From Podarcis bocagei (lineage: Eukaryota): 64,000 bases of DNA. Shown here piece by piece: positions 1 through 11,991 of the stretch. Where the stretch lies: assembly GCA_964188305.1 (NCBI GenBank), contig OZ076886.1; one strand, given 5' to 3'. The position numbers and the translations under genes are program-made. Within the stretch, counting starts at the first letter, position 1, and every line of letters begins with the position of its first letter. The notes under the pieces were generated by a model. It searched no databases. It saw nothing but the letters and a program-made list of their open reading frames with translations, and was not told where the DNA came from.

Positions 1-480
1 TGTGTCTATAAGTAAGATGAATAAAAAAAAATAAGAAGATTGAACAGCTCTCCACATTCTCAACTAGAATAAGCTAAGTCTATGAAGATATTCTTTGGGT
101 ACAATCTATGTTTCTCTCAGTCCAGGCAGTGATGGTTTCAGTGATGGTCAGGACCTGACACACATGAACGTGAAGCCAATGTGGTGCCTTCAACTACAAC
201 TCCCATCATCCCTAACGATTGACTATGCTGGCTGAGATGGGAGATGTGTCCAAAACAGGCTTCTGCTGCCATTGAACATTCCCCATAGAACCCCTGTACC
301 TTGCAGAGGACATTCCACAGCAAATATATAGAAGTTTCTTGGCACATGGTGGTGTGGGGAAAGTTCTCTGAAGATAAACGTTTAAAAGCTACTCAGTTAG
401 AAATTCTGGAAAATGGGGGGTTGGGGGAAGAGATGCCATAGACACAACTTGGCTGGAATCTCCTTGTTTAGTTCATGTAC

Positions 481-603
481 CTCTTTTGCAGCCTTTAGAG
501 CTTCTATCCATTCATCCCGCGAAATATTTATCGACAAGTTGGACTCCTGCCACACTTCCAGTTTGTGAAGGTAGTTGTGGACCGCAGAGCGCTCAGGAAA
601 ATA
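481..603 (-). CDS. QSOX1-like: QSOX-like exon 9 (gene continues left of the window)
   Basis: 123 nt: YFPERSAVHNYLHKLEVWQESNLSINISRDEWIEALKAAKE, cf. YFPGRPLVQNFLHSVNEWLK; GT donor at 480. Confidence 0.9.
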
Positions 604-1324
604 CTGAAACAAAGCAACAGGAAACAAAATTAACAAGAGGAGCCCAGTAAACTTCTACCTGTGATGGAACTGAATGAAAAGTGGTGTTGTAGCTCTGTAG
701 ACTATTCGCTGGGCTATGTACATACTGCAGGGTTATGTAAAAACAAAATACTGGGTTGTACACCACCAAGTCATCCCCAAAGAGCAAGGATGTCAACCTG
801 CATAATTTGACTTCCTCTCTTTGCCCCCTGCCCCTACAATGTGCTCTCGGGGTTCTACCAACCCACTTGGGCAGACTGGGGAGGGGCATGAGAGAGCAAA
901 TTGGAAGTTCCAGTGCATTTGCACTCAAGGGAGAATTTGGCTGGACACAGAGTTCAGGTACTTGAGAATCTTAGTTTTTCTTTCTTTCCAAACCCCAAAC
1001 TTCCTTTGTACCCAGGTAGGTGTATGTACTAGGAGCTCAAAGGCACAATTTAACTTTAAATGAATGCCAGCTTGACACACTGTATAAACCAGGAATCCTG
1101 TTCCCGCAACAAAGGAGCCAAGGTTAAGCAATCAGCCGTCTTGAGCTGCTATTATCAGAAAGCTGATTAAGTCCTTGGATTTAACTATTCCACCAATACC
1201 ACCTTTTGGAATCTACCTTCCAGGTAGAAAGACAAGGCGCTGGTACCTGAGGTAACCCAGGATGATACAGTGGTCCGTGGTGCTGAAAGTGTCATGCCCC
1301 CACCATTATTTATTAAATAAATAA

Positions 1325-1397
1325 ATGTTGCTGGGGATTGAACCTGGTGCCTTTTGCATGCAAAGCAGATGCTCTAGCACTAAGCTATGGCCCTTCC
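1325..1397 (-). mobile_element. tRNA-derived SINE head
   Basis: A/B-box-like GTGCTAGAGCATCTGCTTTGCATGCAAAAGGCACCAGGTTCAATCCCCAGCA. Related copies at ~9190-9380, 16095-16215, 25150-25330 and 41515-41705. Confidence 0.75.
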
Positions 1398-2536
1398 TCA
1401 CTCCTGTTAAGACTCTCCTGGCACCAAAAGTTGGATATCTCCAACACGAGGTCCAAGAGCACCTGTGTCTGCTCAGGCAAAGCAAGGTAGACAATACAAC
1501 CAGAGATTCATTCAGTCCTCTCTTCCATGCTTTACCCAAAGACTGGGTTCATACATTGCAAGGAGTTATTCTCACCAACCCTGTTGGGTTTTTTTTAATC
1601 AGGCACCTTGCCATGCAACCCACACACCAGAAGCATAGCATCAACCATATGTTTAATTCATCACATTAAGCAAAGAAGAATTATGTTAGAGCAGTAGGGA
1701 CCCTTTCTTTCCCTCCAGGTGTCTCTGGCTCCTGTTTCTTGCAAGTGAGCAGCTGCAGTAATTCAGGCAGTTGCTCAGTAGCTTGGATGCTCAAAGCCTC
1801 TAAGTAGATCAATCAATCTGAAACATGGCTTGCCATCACAGCATGAGGATACAATACAGAATGTTAAAACCACTCCAGTGTCACAATGCAACTTTCTCTT
1901 CAATAGTTCAGCAGACAGACACCTCCACCTGAGCTATTCTTCCTCTGTTGTCTCTCCTTCTCTCTGCAGGTTAATTTGCTCAGATTTGCAAGCTCAGCAT
2001 GCTCAAAATGGATTAGGAGCTCACAGAGCCTTCTCTGAAGAGCAGCAATCCATTTCTTAGCCTAGTGATTTTTTTTTCAGGCAACTCAGTCAATAGCTCT
2101 GTGATCTCAGCCCACAACCAGGAACAGGCTCACAATCCCTTCTAAAGTTCCCAACAACTTTTCCCTTTAATCAAACCACGCTGTTTCAGAGGAGGTAGTT
2201 TAAGGCCTTCCCTCTAGAATGCTGACTCACATCTAAGCAGCATACCAAGCAGGAAACTGTTCCCTAGTCTAGCCCAAACTCCCATAGTTCTTTTGTATTC
2301 TCATCCTAGTATTAATTTTTTTGCGGGGGGGGGGGGAACCCCACTGCTAGATTGTATGCAGGAACCATTCTACTATTTACACTATGTCTTCCTTCAAAGC
2401 CTTACGTTGGTGTCCAACTTCAGGTACAAACTCTCAAAAATGGATTTTTTTTCCAAGTAAGAAGCTCTGAGTCTGAGATGGAACTCTGATAGATATATGA
2501 CGTTTATATTCTGCATGTAGTTGCTGACAGGGAGAC

Positions 2537-2541
<5 letters not shown>

Positions 2542-2601
<60 letters not shown>
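2542..2601. repeat. (GA)n microsatellite
   Basis: Seen directly. Confidence 0.95.
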
Positions 2602-2604
<3 letters not shown>

Positions 2605-3131
2605 GAAGAAAGAGGGAAAGGTAACTGAAGAAACAACAGGTTGACCAGGGGATGGGCTGAGTGGGACAACAGATGGAGAGGAAATGGGGAAACTGGCTTG
2701 TTTTAATTGTGTGCAGAGCAACCCTAGGAAAAGTTTGCTTGCTGATACCGTCCACTGCAGAGTTTCAAACATAAAAGCCACTTCCCCTCTCAAACAAATC
2801 TGCCTTTAGCTAAGGGAATATCACAAGGCTAGGCCAAAATTATGCAGGAATGCAAAAGAACAATCTTACACAGTTAAGTTTTAAACTTGACCATGTCAAG
2901 CCTACTTCAGAAACTGTTTTCCTCCTCAAAACATAGCTTAAAAATAAAATAAAATGTGACAAGCATAGTTTTTATTTACTGCCCCAAAGGACCAAGTAAT
3001 CGCTCACAGAGAACTTTTGAAAATGAGAGAGCCCAAAAGAAAATTAAAATATCTCGCAAAACGTTCAAAAACGGAGTCGCTACTATACCAACAACAGAGA
3101 AGCCTGGATATACCATATGTAGAAAACTTAC

Positions 3132-3261
3132 CTTGGCCAGTATATGCACATACTGCTTCAATGCAGAGAGCCTCTCTTCAGTGAAGTTGGCTAAACTTAC
3201 TTCAATTCTGTGCAGGCTGCAAAGCACAGCATACTCCAGGTCAGCCATGCACAGCTGTGTC
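3132..3261 (-). CDS. QSOX1-like: QSOX-like exon 8 (helix-rich/pseudo-Erv region)
   Basis: 130 nt: TQLCMADLEYAVLCSLHRIEVSLANFTEERLSALKQYVHILAK, cf. SKIYMADLESALHYILRIEV...QRLVALKKFVAVLAK. Confidence 0.93.
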
Positions 3262-4041
3262 CTGTGACAGATAAGAAGGTGGAAAGATAACCTCATCATT
3301 GAAGCAGCCATATCATCTATATCACAAGAGGGCAGACTTCAGGGGTCATCTGTGTTTTTACCAGAGATGAACCAATTGGAACCTAGTGCAAAAGACACCC
3401 TAAGGAATTTTTAGGCCTGGAATTTGGTTTTTTGAGCACCAGAGCCAGAGGCGTACCTAGGGGTTGACTAGGTTGGCCCCTGCTAAGGGCACAGGCCTAG
3501 GGAGATGCAAAAATTGCACCTCTCCACTCTGTCTTGGCTCCTTTGGCAAGGTCGCAAGTGACAGGGGATGGGGTGCCAAGGGCACAAGGGAGCCTAGGTA
3601 TGCCTCTGACCAGAGAAGAATGGAGTTAACAGCCCTTCCACAGAACAATCCATTCCTAGTTTCCTTAAGCTTTTTTCTATTTCCATAGCATCATTTATGG
3701 TAAAGAGAACATTTTGGTTTTGCTGCTGGGAGTCAGAAGTCCTTGCCCATCTATTGGAAGTTACCTAGAAATCTATTCCACTCCTGATCTACCCTGCAGG
3801 AATCAGGAACTGGTTCAGAACCAAATCAGGGCCCACTTTGGCACCACCTGGACCACAACTCAGGTTGCTTCTCAGGGACTAACAGAGTCATCTTCAGTAG
3901 AAGGCCGCCTTCCCTTCTGCTCCCAAAGCTGTGCCTGATCAGCTACTGAATGTTCACCAAGTGTCAAGGATGACCAGTGTTACATAAATGCAGTGAGAAC
4001 AGAAGAAAGTGGAGGCTACTAAAATGGCTCTTGCTTCTTAC

Positions 4042-4176
4042 CTGTCTGCTACCTCCCAGGAGTCAGGGGTAGCCTTTGTTTCTGCTATTGGTGGCTTAGA
4101 AGTGTCAATGATTTCTCTCTGGACCCCAGGTAGTGTCCGCAGGAAGTCTGTATAGAAGGATCTTGAATTATTTGCC
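4042..4176 (-). CDS. QSOX1-like: QSOX-like exon 7
   Basis: 135 nt: ANNSRSFYTDFLRTLPGVQREIIDTSKPPIAETKATPDSWEVAD(R), cf. ESRSFYTAYLQRLSGL...VWKLADR. Confidence 0.93.
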
Positions 4177-5086
4177 CTGTGATGGAAGTAAAATATGAGA
4201 GGAGGCTCTGCTCTAAGATGGTGGGCAATTCTGACCTTCTGATGCAGGAGGTCTCGCTTTGCTACAACGCCATGGGCCATGCTGGCTGAGGCTGATGGGG
4301 GTTGGACTCCAGTCGCAACTGCAAGTCACCATGTGGGCCATCCTTGTCCTAACCCATTTCATGCAGCCCCTTCAGTTCAGCTGTCATAAAACCTGTTCAG
4401 CCCCCATTTTAGGTATGCAAGAGAGAAACAGTGCAGGGCACTCCATTGTGTAGCATCAACATGCACCTATGCACACAGTTGCACTGCCAAAAAAGATTTT
4501 GTGTTAAAGAAGTCCAAATCTGCTCCCAGAATGAGATATACCACCCATTATCTAAAAACCGAATTGCTTAATTGTGCAGAATTATAGGGCTAGAGCAGAT
4601 CCTGTCAGGTTGCAATTTGACATGCAATTCAGCATATGCAGTATGATATGGACCATGTATTTCCCCAGCAAAAATTCCTGATGCACATCATTGATTTTAG
4701 TGGCTGAACTTTAGTGGCCACTGAATTCCTTCAGATGATGGAATTTAGGATCTTTTAGTTTAGAACTCAAGACACACAGGCCCCTTCTGCACTATGCATT
4801 TAAAACAGTATTATACCATTTAAAACTGCCATGGGTTCCCCCCCCCCCGAAAGAATCCTGGGAGCTGTAGTTTGTGAATGGTGCAGAGAGTCATTGGAGA
4901 CCCCATTCCCTTCACAAATCAACAATTCACAGAGTTCACAGGCTGTGTAATAGGAAGACATAAGTAATTGCTCAATGGGGTTTGAAGGAATGTAGCTTAT
5001 AAATCATATACACAAGCACCATGAACACTGTTATGCAAAAGCAGCTCATATATGTATGTTGATTATGGATACCAGCAGCAACTCAC

Positions 5087-5232
5087 AGGGGGATGGGTGT
5101 GCAAGGGCCTTTGCTTGAATACAGGAAGCCAGAAGGGAAGGTGGTGACCTTGCATCTAGTCACTAGCTCCGCATTGCTCTTCAAGACTCTCCTCACAACA
5201 ATGTTTTCATACTGGGCCATGTCCAATATGAC
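5087..5232 (-). CDS. QSOX1-like: QSOX-like exon 6 (Trx2)
   Basis: 146 nt, not in the ORF track: VILDMAQYENIVVRRVLKSNAELVTRCKVTTFPSGFLYSSKGPCTPIP, cf. VALDLSQHKGVAVRRVLNTEANVVRKFGVTDFPSCYL. Confidence 0.93.
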
Positions 5233-6159
5233 CTAAGATCAGAAGTACACATTGCATTACGAATGGAGTTGCTCTTTTAGATTCACAAGCAAACCATCTA
5301 CCTTTCCTCCTCTTAATGCTTGTCTACCAAGTGATCAGATCATCTCTGCTGCATCTCAACAGAGTTTTAGTACCTACTCCCTTGAAGATGGTGCCGCTCT
5401 GGGTAACGCGCATGCCTCAGATGGTTCCTTTACAAACAGCTGAGGGTGTGGAAGGGCAGAAACAGCAGAAGACAGTGTCTATGCCCTTTTCTCCCAGAGA
5501 AAGCCCAAGATGGACCAGTTAACCTTTCCTCACACAGAACTATAAAAAGTATTAACTGCTTACACTGTGTAGACGTTTAGGCAAGAACTTTACAGCTGCC
5601 CGTTTTGTGTGTGGGTGTGCTACCCAAGTGGCCTTTGTAAAGTAAATCTGCAAGTTTCTTAACTTCTCATTGAAACTGAAGGCATTTTAATCCTACAACA
5701 ATCCTACAATTAATGTGAGTAAAAGTTACTTGTCTCTAGCTGGTGACTTATTTACAGAGTTATGCAACATGCAAATCTAACATATTTACAAGCCTAATAT
5801 CAGGCTTGTATCTGGGGTACACAGACTTCATGCATAAGGGGGTTTACTTTGTTTTTCACCAAACTCTTGAGATCCACCAACTGGAGATAAATTTCTGGAC
5901 TCATAATTCTTTTATTTTGAGGATCAGAACTTAAAAAACCTCATGGTCATAATTCCATAATTCATTCCCAGTTACCCTAATCTTTCTTCATCCAGCAGTA
6001 TAATTTGGGCTCATCTTGTTGCTGATATTGTTAAACTGCCCATAATCCAAAATCCAAAAACTTTGCCATAATCCAAAAGCTTTGCTGATCTACTGTGAAT
6101 CACACAGATCTAGATCTGCTCTGTCCAACCCTGTTTTTAATCAACCAATTAAAAATCAC

Positions 6160-6241
6160 CTCTCTGCCCAAAAAGGAGTCCTCCCCCTCGAATATCAGGG
6201 CCACCTTGCTTCCCTGAATGGAGTCAACAAATTCTGTGGTA
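6160..6241 (-). CDS. QSOX1-like: QSOX-like exon 5 (Trx2)
   Basis: 82 nt: TTEFVDSIQGSKVALIFEGEDSFLGRE, cf. YLALIFEKGGSYLGRE. Confidence 0.93.
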
Positions 6242-6729
6242 CTGTAAAATAGCAAAGAGAATAGCATGTTAAACAAAATTTGGACAAAGTCCCACATCAA
6301 CATTCTTTTCATGCAAATACTGGTCCTCCCAATAGCTCAATAGTTATTCCTGGGCATAAATCATGCACTGATCCCTTGACGTAATTGGATTTGGCATATT
6401 GACATGTGACACTGTGGGAGATTAGAAAATTAAAATGTCTTTTTAAAATTTATATATAAAGGCATTTATATACTGCTAACCTGTGTAAAATATCAAGGCA
6501 ATGTAACAAATATTCAATAAAACATAACACATCACGAATGATTGGCTAATCAAGAAATGTAAACAACTGTCTGCATAAAAGATCTGCCAAGCCTGAAAGT
6601 CAATAGTAAATATGCTTGCCCAATTTCTGCTGGAAGAGTATTCCATAGCATGGGACTGATGACACCAAATACCTGACTTCTTAACATATTTTGTGAAGAA
6701 ATTGATTGAAAGATGCCTAAAATATTTAC

Positions 6730-6835
6730 CTGAGCGGAGCCAACAGTGGGGCGTCAGGGGACCACCAACTACTTAGATGACTCTCTGCAAAGGTGATTAT
6801 GGCTTCCCTTAGGCTCTGAGGGTCATCCTTAATTT
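6730..6835 (-). CDS. QSOX1-like: QSOX-like exon 4
   Basis: 106 nt: (E)IKDDPQSLREAIITFAESHLSSWWSPDAPLLAPL, cf. DVQTLRERLIDALESHHDTWPPACPPLEP. Confidence 0.92.
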
Positions 6836-7837
6836 CTATGAGGGGAGGAAAAGGCTGATCATAACTCTGAGGACAGTCATTGTGCATTCTCCAACCCAAA
6901 CACCTCTCACAAACAGATGCCACGTGCCAGCAAAGGCTGCTTGCAAGCCAGATCCAATTTCTAACACATTTTGAATGTGAGCTTCCCTTTGGCCTTTAAA
7001 CTTTATTTATAAATATTTATATCCTAATCTTTACCTCAAAATCTCAGGGCAAGGAACGTTTTTTAAACAAACCCATTAAACAATAAAATCACTATTCACA
7101 CCAAGTAAAAAAACAAACCCTGAACAGCAGCATCTTTAAAAATCCCAAGCTGAACACTAAGAATTTCTAAAAGCTTGAGTACACAGCCATGTTTTAAGGT
7201 TGCTTTGGAACAGAAACTCTGAGAAAAATAGTGCTGTTTTTTTTAAAAAAAAACAAACAAACCATCCCTAAAATATAGTTACCACTCTGACCTTATCTTC
7301 TCTATGGGTATTGGGTTGTAGGCTGTGTATGCCTATTTTGGTTCTAAAACACATATCAGGAAGTCAAGTTCATCTTGCCTTCGGGACCAGAACATATATT
7401 CCTGTGACTCATCTTAACATATATAAATATTTGTGCAGTGTGCATGAATTTCCAATTTGCTAATATATTCCCATACAGGAGTGTGAACTCCAAGCTGCTG
7501 ATTGTCAGAAGAGTGGCAGGCTATTCTTTTAATTGCTCACTAAATGTGAAACATCACAAAAAGAGAAAAAGTAGGGAAGGCCAAAGAGATTGTGTCTGTC
7601 CTAGCTATTTGCACTGATAACCACCCTCCACCTTGGACAACCATGGCTCTGTAAGGCTTCCATGTGATCATGTGTTTCATCTGGGTGGAGAATGGGGAGG
7701 AGGGAGCAAGAAGCTCAGTTCTCCCTCCAGCTAGTCGCAGCCTAGCTAATTAACCTCTGACCCTCACCTCAGCAGTGAGAGCTCTAGATTCAAATAAATA
7801 ATTATGTGAGGTTTAGAATCAATTTCAGGACACATAC

Positions 7838-7886
7838 CTTCAAGCTTTATGCCATCGCCAGCATATGTAGAGGATGGCTTTAAAAA
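7838..7886 (-). CDS. QSOX1-like: QSOX-like exon 3
   Basis: AG/GT-bounded, 49 nt: FLKPSSTYAGDGIKLE; phases compatible with exons 2 and 4. Confidence 0.85.
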
Positions 7887-8808
7887 CTGGAAGAAAACAA
7901 ACCAGCGAGTTAGGTTTTGCTTTGGGCGTCATATGTTCAAGTCTGCTACAGCACGTAGGGCAGGCACCATACTGCCTAAGCACAAAGGTTGCAAGTTTGG
8001 GACTGCACCCATCTGTTTAGAAGTTCTGGCAAGGAGGATGAACTCCTTTTTGGACATTTTGGTGCTCCTGGATTCTTCTGGTGGTGACTAACTGGATTGC
8101 TCTGGCGGCCTCATCTCCTTCCTCTCTTCTTTTCTTATATTGCTTTCTATTTGTTATTGCTGCATATTGCAATATGTACATAGCAGTTGTGAATGTTGCA
8201 CATCCATAAGGAATGTACAGGGCCAGGGTCAGGGAATGGTAGTGTCAAGGACCCTAGGAACCCAAGAAGAGCAGCGACACCACTTCCTCCTTGATCGTCT
8301 GCTGCCTGCTCTCACTTCCATATGGAAAGCGTAGGGACAGTGGGACCCAGTGCTACTGCTGCCAGTAAATAAGTTAGACCTCTGGTCTTCAGAGTGCAGC
8401 AGAAGGTTATCTACAATAAATGAATGACCCAGGAAGGTGTGGATGTATAAATGAATACATTTGCCTTTTGCAAAATGTTATGGGAAAACAAGAAAATCAA
8501 TCAAAAGGTATCCTCACAGTGTTGGCATAACTTCACCATAGACTGAAACAGAGCTAACATTATGAAAAACACAAAGTGATTATCTTTTGTTACAATTTGA
8601 GACTATTGCTCATATAAGGATTTCAACAGCTTTTGAAGGAAATACAGAGATATGAAAAAGGAGGAAGCCAGTATAGTAACACTGGAATTGTAATTATGGT
8701 GTTGTATACTACATTTAAAACAGAAGACTGCCTGCCCCCCTTAAAACAAAATAAAAATCAGGTGGATCTCATAAAACTACGCCATCCAAATTTTCACATT
8801 ATCATTAC

Positions 8809-8909
8809 CTTCACAGTTGGGTATGCGGTGACTTCAAAGTCTGAACACATTTTCTCGTTGCACATCTTGCCACAATCTATCACACCCAGCTTCAAAGTAG
8901 GTCTCCAGT
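8809..8909 (-). CDS. QSOX1-like: QSOX-like exon 2
   Basis: AG/GT-bounded, 101 nt: (D)WRPTLKLGVIDCGKMCNEKMCSDFEVTAYPTVK, cf. QSOX1 WRPALYLAALDCAEETNSAVCRDFNIPGFPTVR. Confidence 0.93.
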
Positions 8910-9628
8910 CTGAAAAGGCAGATAAAACCATATGGGGTGGGGAAAAGATTTAATAGGGGATGGCTGCTTAATCTATCATAGAACGCAAAGTTAAGAGCAC
9001 TCAATGAACGCAGCAGCTTTTAAACATAAATGTGTCAATAGCATATACTATATATCTATATATATATATATATGCTATTGACACACATATATATCTCACA
9101 GTCAAAGAAAGGAGATAGGAAAGAGTGAGTGTTCTGAAGAACAAGGGGATGAAAGGGCCAGAGGGTGGAATCTGAAAGAAAAAGAACATAGAAACATATG
9201 AATCTGCCTTCTACTCAGTCAGACAATTGGGCCATCTAGCTCATTATTGTCCACTCAGACTGGTAGCAGCTGTCCAGGATTTCAGACTGGGGTCTCTCCC
9301 TTTCTACCTGGAGTTTCTGGGGATTGAACTAGGACCTTCTGCATGCAAAGGCCCTCAGCTGCTGAGCTACAGTTCTTCCCCTAAAAAAGAAGGCCTTGGA
9401 GACAGGACAAACATGAAGGGGTGCATGGGGGGGGGAGATAAGCCCCACTCTGTGTATCAAACCTAAGACATGGTGCACATATACCATTTGAATGACCATC
9501 AACCTGGGGGGGGGTGGCACCCTCAAATATTTTATTTGGGGTGGTGAAGACCCCTCGGCTCCTGGGAGTTGGCTCCAATGCCTTACAAGGTGGTGTACTG
9601 TGCAAAATAAGTGCCATTAGCTGGGATG

Positions 9629-9978
9629 AAGGTAAAGGGACCCCTGACCATTAGGTCCAGTCGTGGCCGATTCTGGGGTTGCGGCGCTCATCTCACTTTA
9701 TTGGCCAAGGGAGCCAGCGTACAGCTTCTGGGTCATGTGGCCAACATTACTAAACCGCTTCCGGCTAACCAGAGCAGCGCACGGAAACGCCATTTACCTT
9801 CCCACCAGAGCGGTACCTATTTATCTACTTGCACTCTTACGTGCTTTCAAACTGCTAGGTTGGCAGGAGCAGGGACAGAGCAACGGGAGCTCACCCCGTA
9901 GTGGGGATTCAAACTGCTGATCTTCTGATCGGCAAGTCCTAGGCTCTGTGGTTTATCCCACACCGCCACCCGCATCCC
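9629..9978 (-). mobile_element. Sauria SINE
   Basis: Reverse complement of the 37924 copy; GGGACGCGGGTGGC-type head and CCCTTTACCTT tail. Confidence 0.85.
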
Positions 9979-10489
9979 ATTAGCTAGGGTATCTAACCTT
10001 TTTTGCCTCAAGGGCCACACCGACCCATGTTCTATGGGGCAGGGGGTTGTCAAAGTGGGCATGGCCACTGTCTGCTGGCATTCAGAGACCACCTACTCAA
10101 ATGGAAGAAGCAAGAGATAGGGTGGTTCAAGCGGGAAAAAGCATGGGAGCGCCACGGAGCTTAAACTCAAGGCAGAGAGCCGGCTGGTGTCTCGAGGGTT
10201 GAGCAGAGAAGGGGGAATGCACGGGCTCCTGTCCCTTAAGATGCAGCAGTAGCCGCTCTCTCTGAGCATGACATGGGCTTTCTCTAAATAAGTTGGAGGG
10301 GCAGCCTCGACGCCCTGATAATTCTGCCTTGAACAGCGCGCAATGCGACTGTTCAAGGGAAAGAAAATCTCTGAGCATGCACAGAGGGTCCTTCCGTCAC
10401 ATTCACCAGCCACCAACGCCAAATCTGACGGTGAAGGGGTGTGTGAGAGACAGGTATCCCGGCAGCACAATTAGCCCGGCTTGTCCTAC

Positions 10490-10754
10490 CCTTTATATCC
10501 TGGGCGAGCGCTCGCCACGTGGGGGCGAAGGCGGCGGAGGCGGCAGACCAGCGCGCGTAAAACTGGACAACCCAGGCGCTGCGAGAAAAGAAGAGGCTTT
10601 GCAGCGTGTCCGGCTGCAGCTCCACCACGGGGTCGTGGGGTCCGTAGCGAGAGACGCCGCAGGCCTGCGACGGCGGGGAGAAGAGGCAGGCGGCGGCCAG
10701 GAGGACCAGGCAAGCGGGCAGCCCTGGCCCGACTCGGGGGAGACACCTCGGCAT
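10490..10754 (-). CDS. QSOX1-like: QSOX-family sulfhydryl oxidase paralog, coding exon 1 (signal peptide + start of Trx1; CxxC replaced by SxxS)
   Basis: ATG at 10754 gives MPRCLPRVGPGLPACLVLLAAACLFSPPSQACGVSRYGPHDPVVELQPDTLQSLFFSRSAWVVQFYARWSAASAAFAPTWRALAQDIK. This aligns to QSOX '[32 protein letters not shown]'. Phase-1 GT donor at 10489; lies in a CpG-rich island. Confidence 0.93.
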
Positions 10755-11749
10755 GACGAGCAGCAAGATCTGGGTCGTTGGGGGGAGAGAGGCGCGCACA
10801 CTGCTGGGTGTGCAGCGGGGGAGAGCGAGGTGCTTTTAATGGAATCCACCAGGCCCGCCCCCCAGACCCCCCCCCCTCCATCATGCCCACCCTCCAGACT
10901 TTGGAGGGCGCACGATGGGGTGGATCCTCTGCGACTCCATCCAGTCCCGGAATTGGAGGTCTTCTGTGCCAGTGTCCCCGACGTTGTTTGCCCAGGGCGT
11001 CGAAAGCAAACTCGGCGCGACGCCGCTTCCCGCTCAAAGGGAGGGAGAGGAGGAGAAACTAAGTAAAGTTGTTCTATTACCTTATTGGAGACAAAGAGCA
11101 AGAAGCATGGACGTAGCTGGGGTGGCAGGGAGGGACAGCTGCTCCCCCATCAATAAAAATACATAGCAAACTGAGGTTCTGCCCCTCTAATAAAAGGCTT
11201 CCCCCCTCCCCAACAAAAATCCTGGCTATGCCCATGGCAAGAAGTATGCAATTCTGTTGGCCTAAGCAACACAAGAGACACAGGTGCATGCTGTTCAACA
11301 GTTAGGACACTGCAATAAACAGAATGCGCAACGTAATGAAGGAGCTCCCAGGATACAACACCTGTATTGTGGGAAACAGCATGTAAAGAGAAAAGAAAAA
11401 TGCCCAGGATATGGACAGCATATGGACAGCGTGTGGCAAGCTGTGCATTTGTAGCAACCCTAACCTTTGAACAGAGTACTATAACACATTCATTACCCAC
11501 TACCAATCATTGATGATGTGACCTATTCTGAACCAATGTTCTCTCATGGTTTCCCATAAAAAAGAATGGATTCTGGCACATGCAACTTGACACAGAGTCA
11601 AGGTATCTGACCTCTTTTGCAACTCCTGTTGGCAGATAACGTTGGCTTCAGTCCAGCCCCTGAAGTATTTCAGCACTGATTGAATCATCAGGAGCTAGAG
11701 ATCAGGACAGTCAGAGAGAGTTAGGAGTTAAAGAAAGCTTATTGGATTA

Positions 11750-11991
11750 CAGTGGTACCTCGGGTTAAGAACTTAATTCGTTCTGGAGGTCTGTTCTTAA
11801 CCTGAAACTGTTCTTAACCCGAGGTACCACTTTAGCTAATGGGGCCTCCTGCTGCCGCCGTGCCGCCAGAGCACGATTTCTGTTCTCATCCTGAAGCAAA
11901 GTTCTTAACCTGAAGTACTATTTCTGGGTTAGCGGAGTCTGTAACCTGAAGCGTCTGTAACCTGAAGCATCTGTAACCCGAGGTACCACTG
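11750..11991. mobile_element. Tc1/mariner-type MITE (family A)
   Basis: TA-CAGTGGTACCTCGGGTTA...TAACCCGAGGTACCACTG-TA. Confidence 0.9.

Noticed and set aside
1325-1397. tRNA-like sequences here and at ~9.3, 16.1, 25.2 and 41.5 kb
   Set aside because: Degenerate SINE heads without a complete cloverleaf; not tRNA genes.
2394-2793. ORFs with (SL)n or poly-I/L/N tracts (also at 21.5, 28.9, 32.5 and 48.7 kb)
   Set aside because: Translations of microsatellites and LINE tails.
10293-11101. Long overlapping ORFs (257, 202 and 183 aa) around 10.3-11.1 kb
   Set aside because: By-products of the GC-rich first exon/CpG island of the QSOX-like gene. Only the frame starting at ATG 10754 has homology and a matching splice phase.
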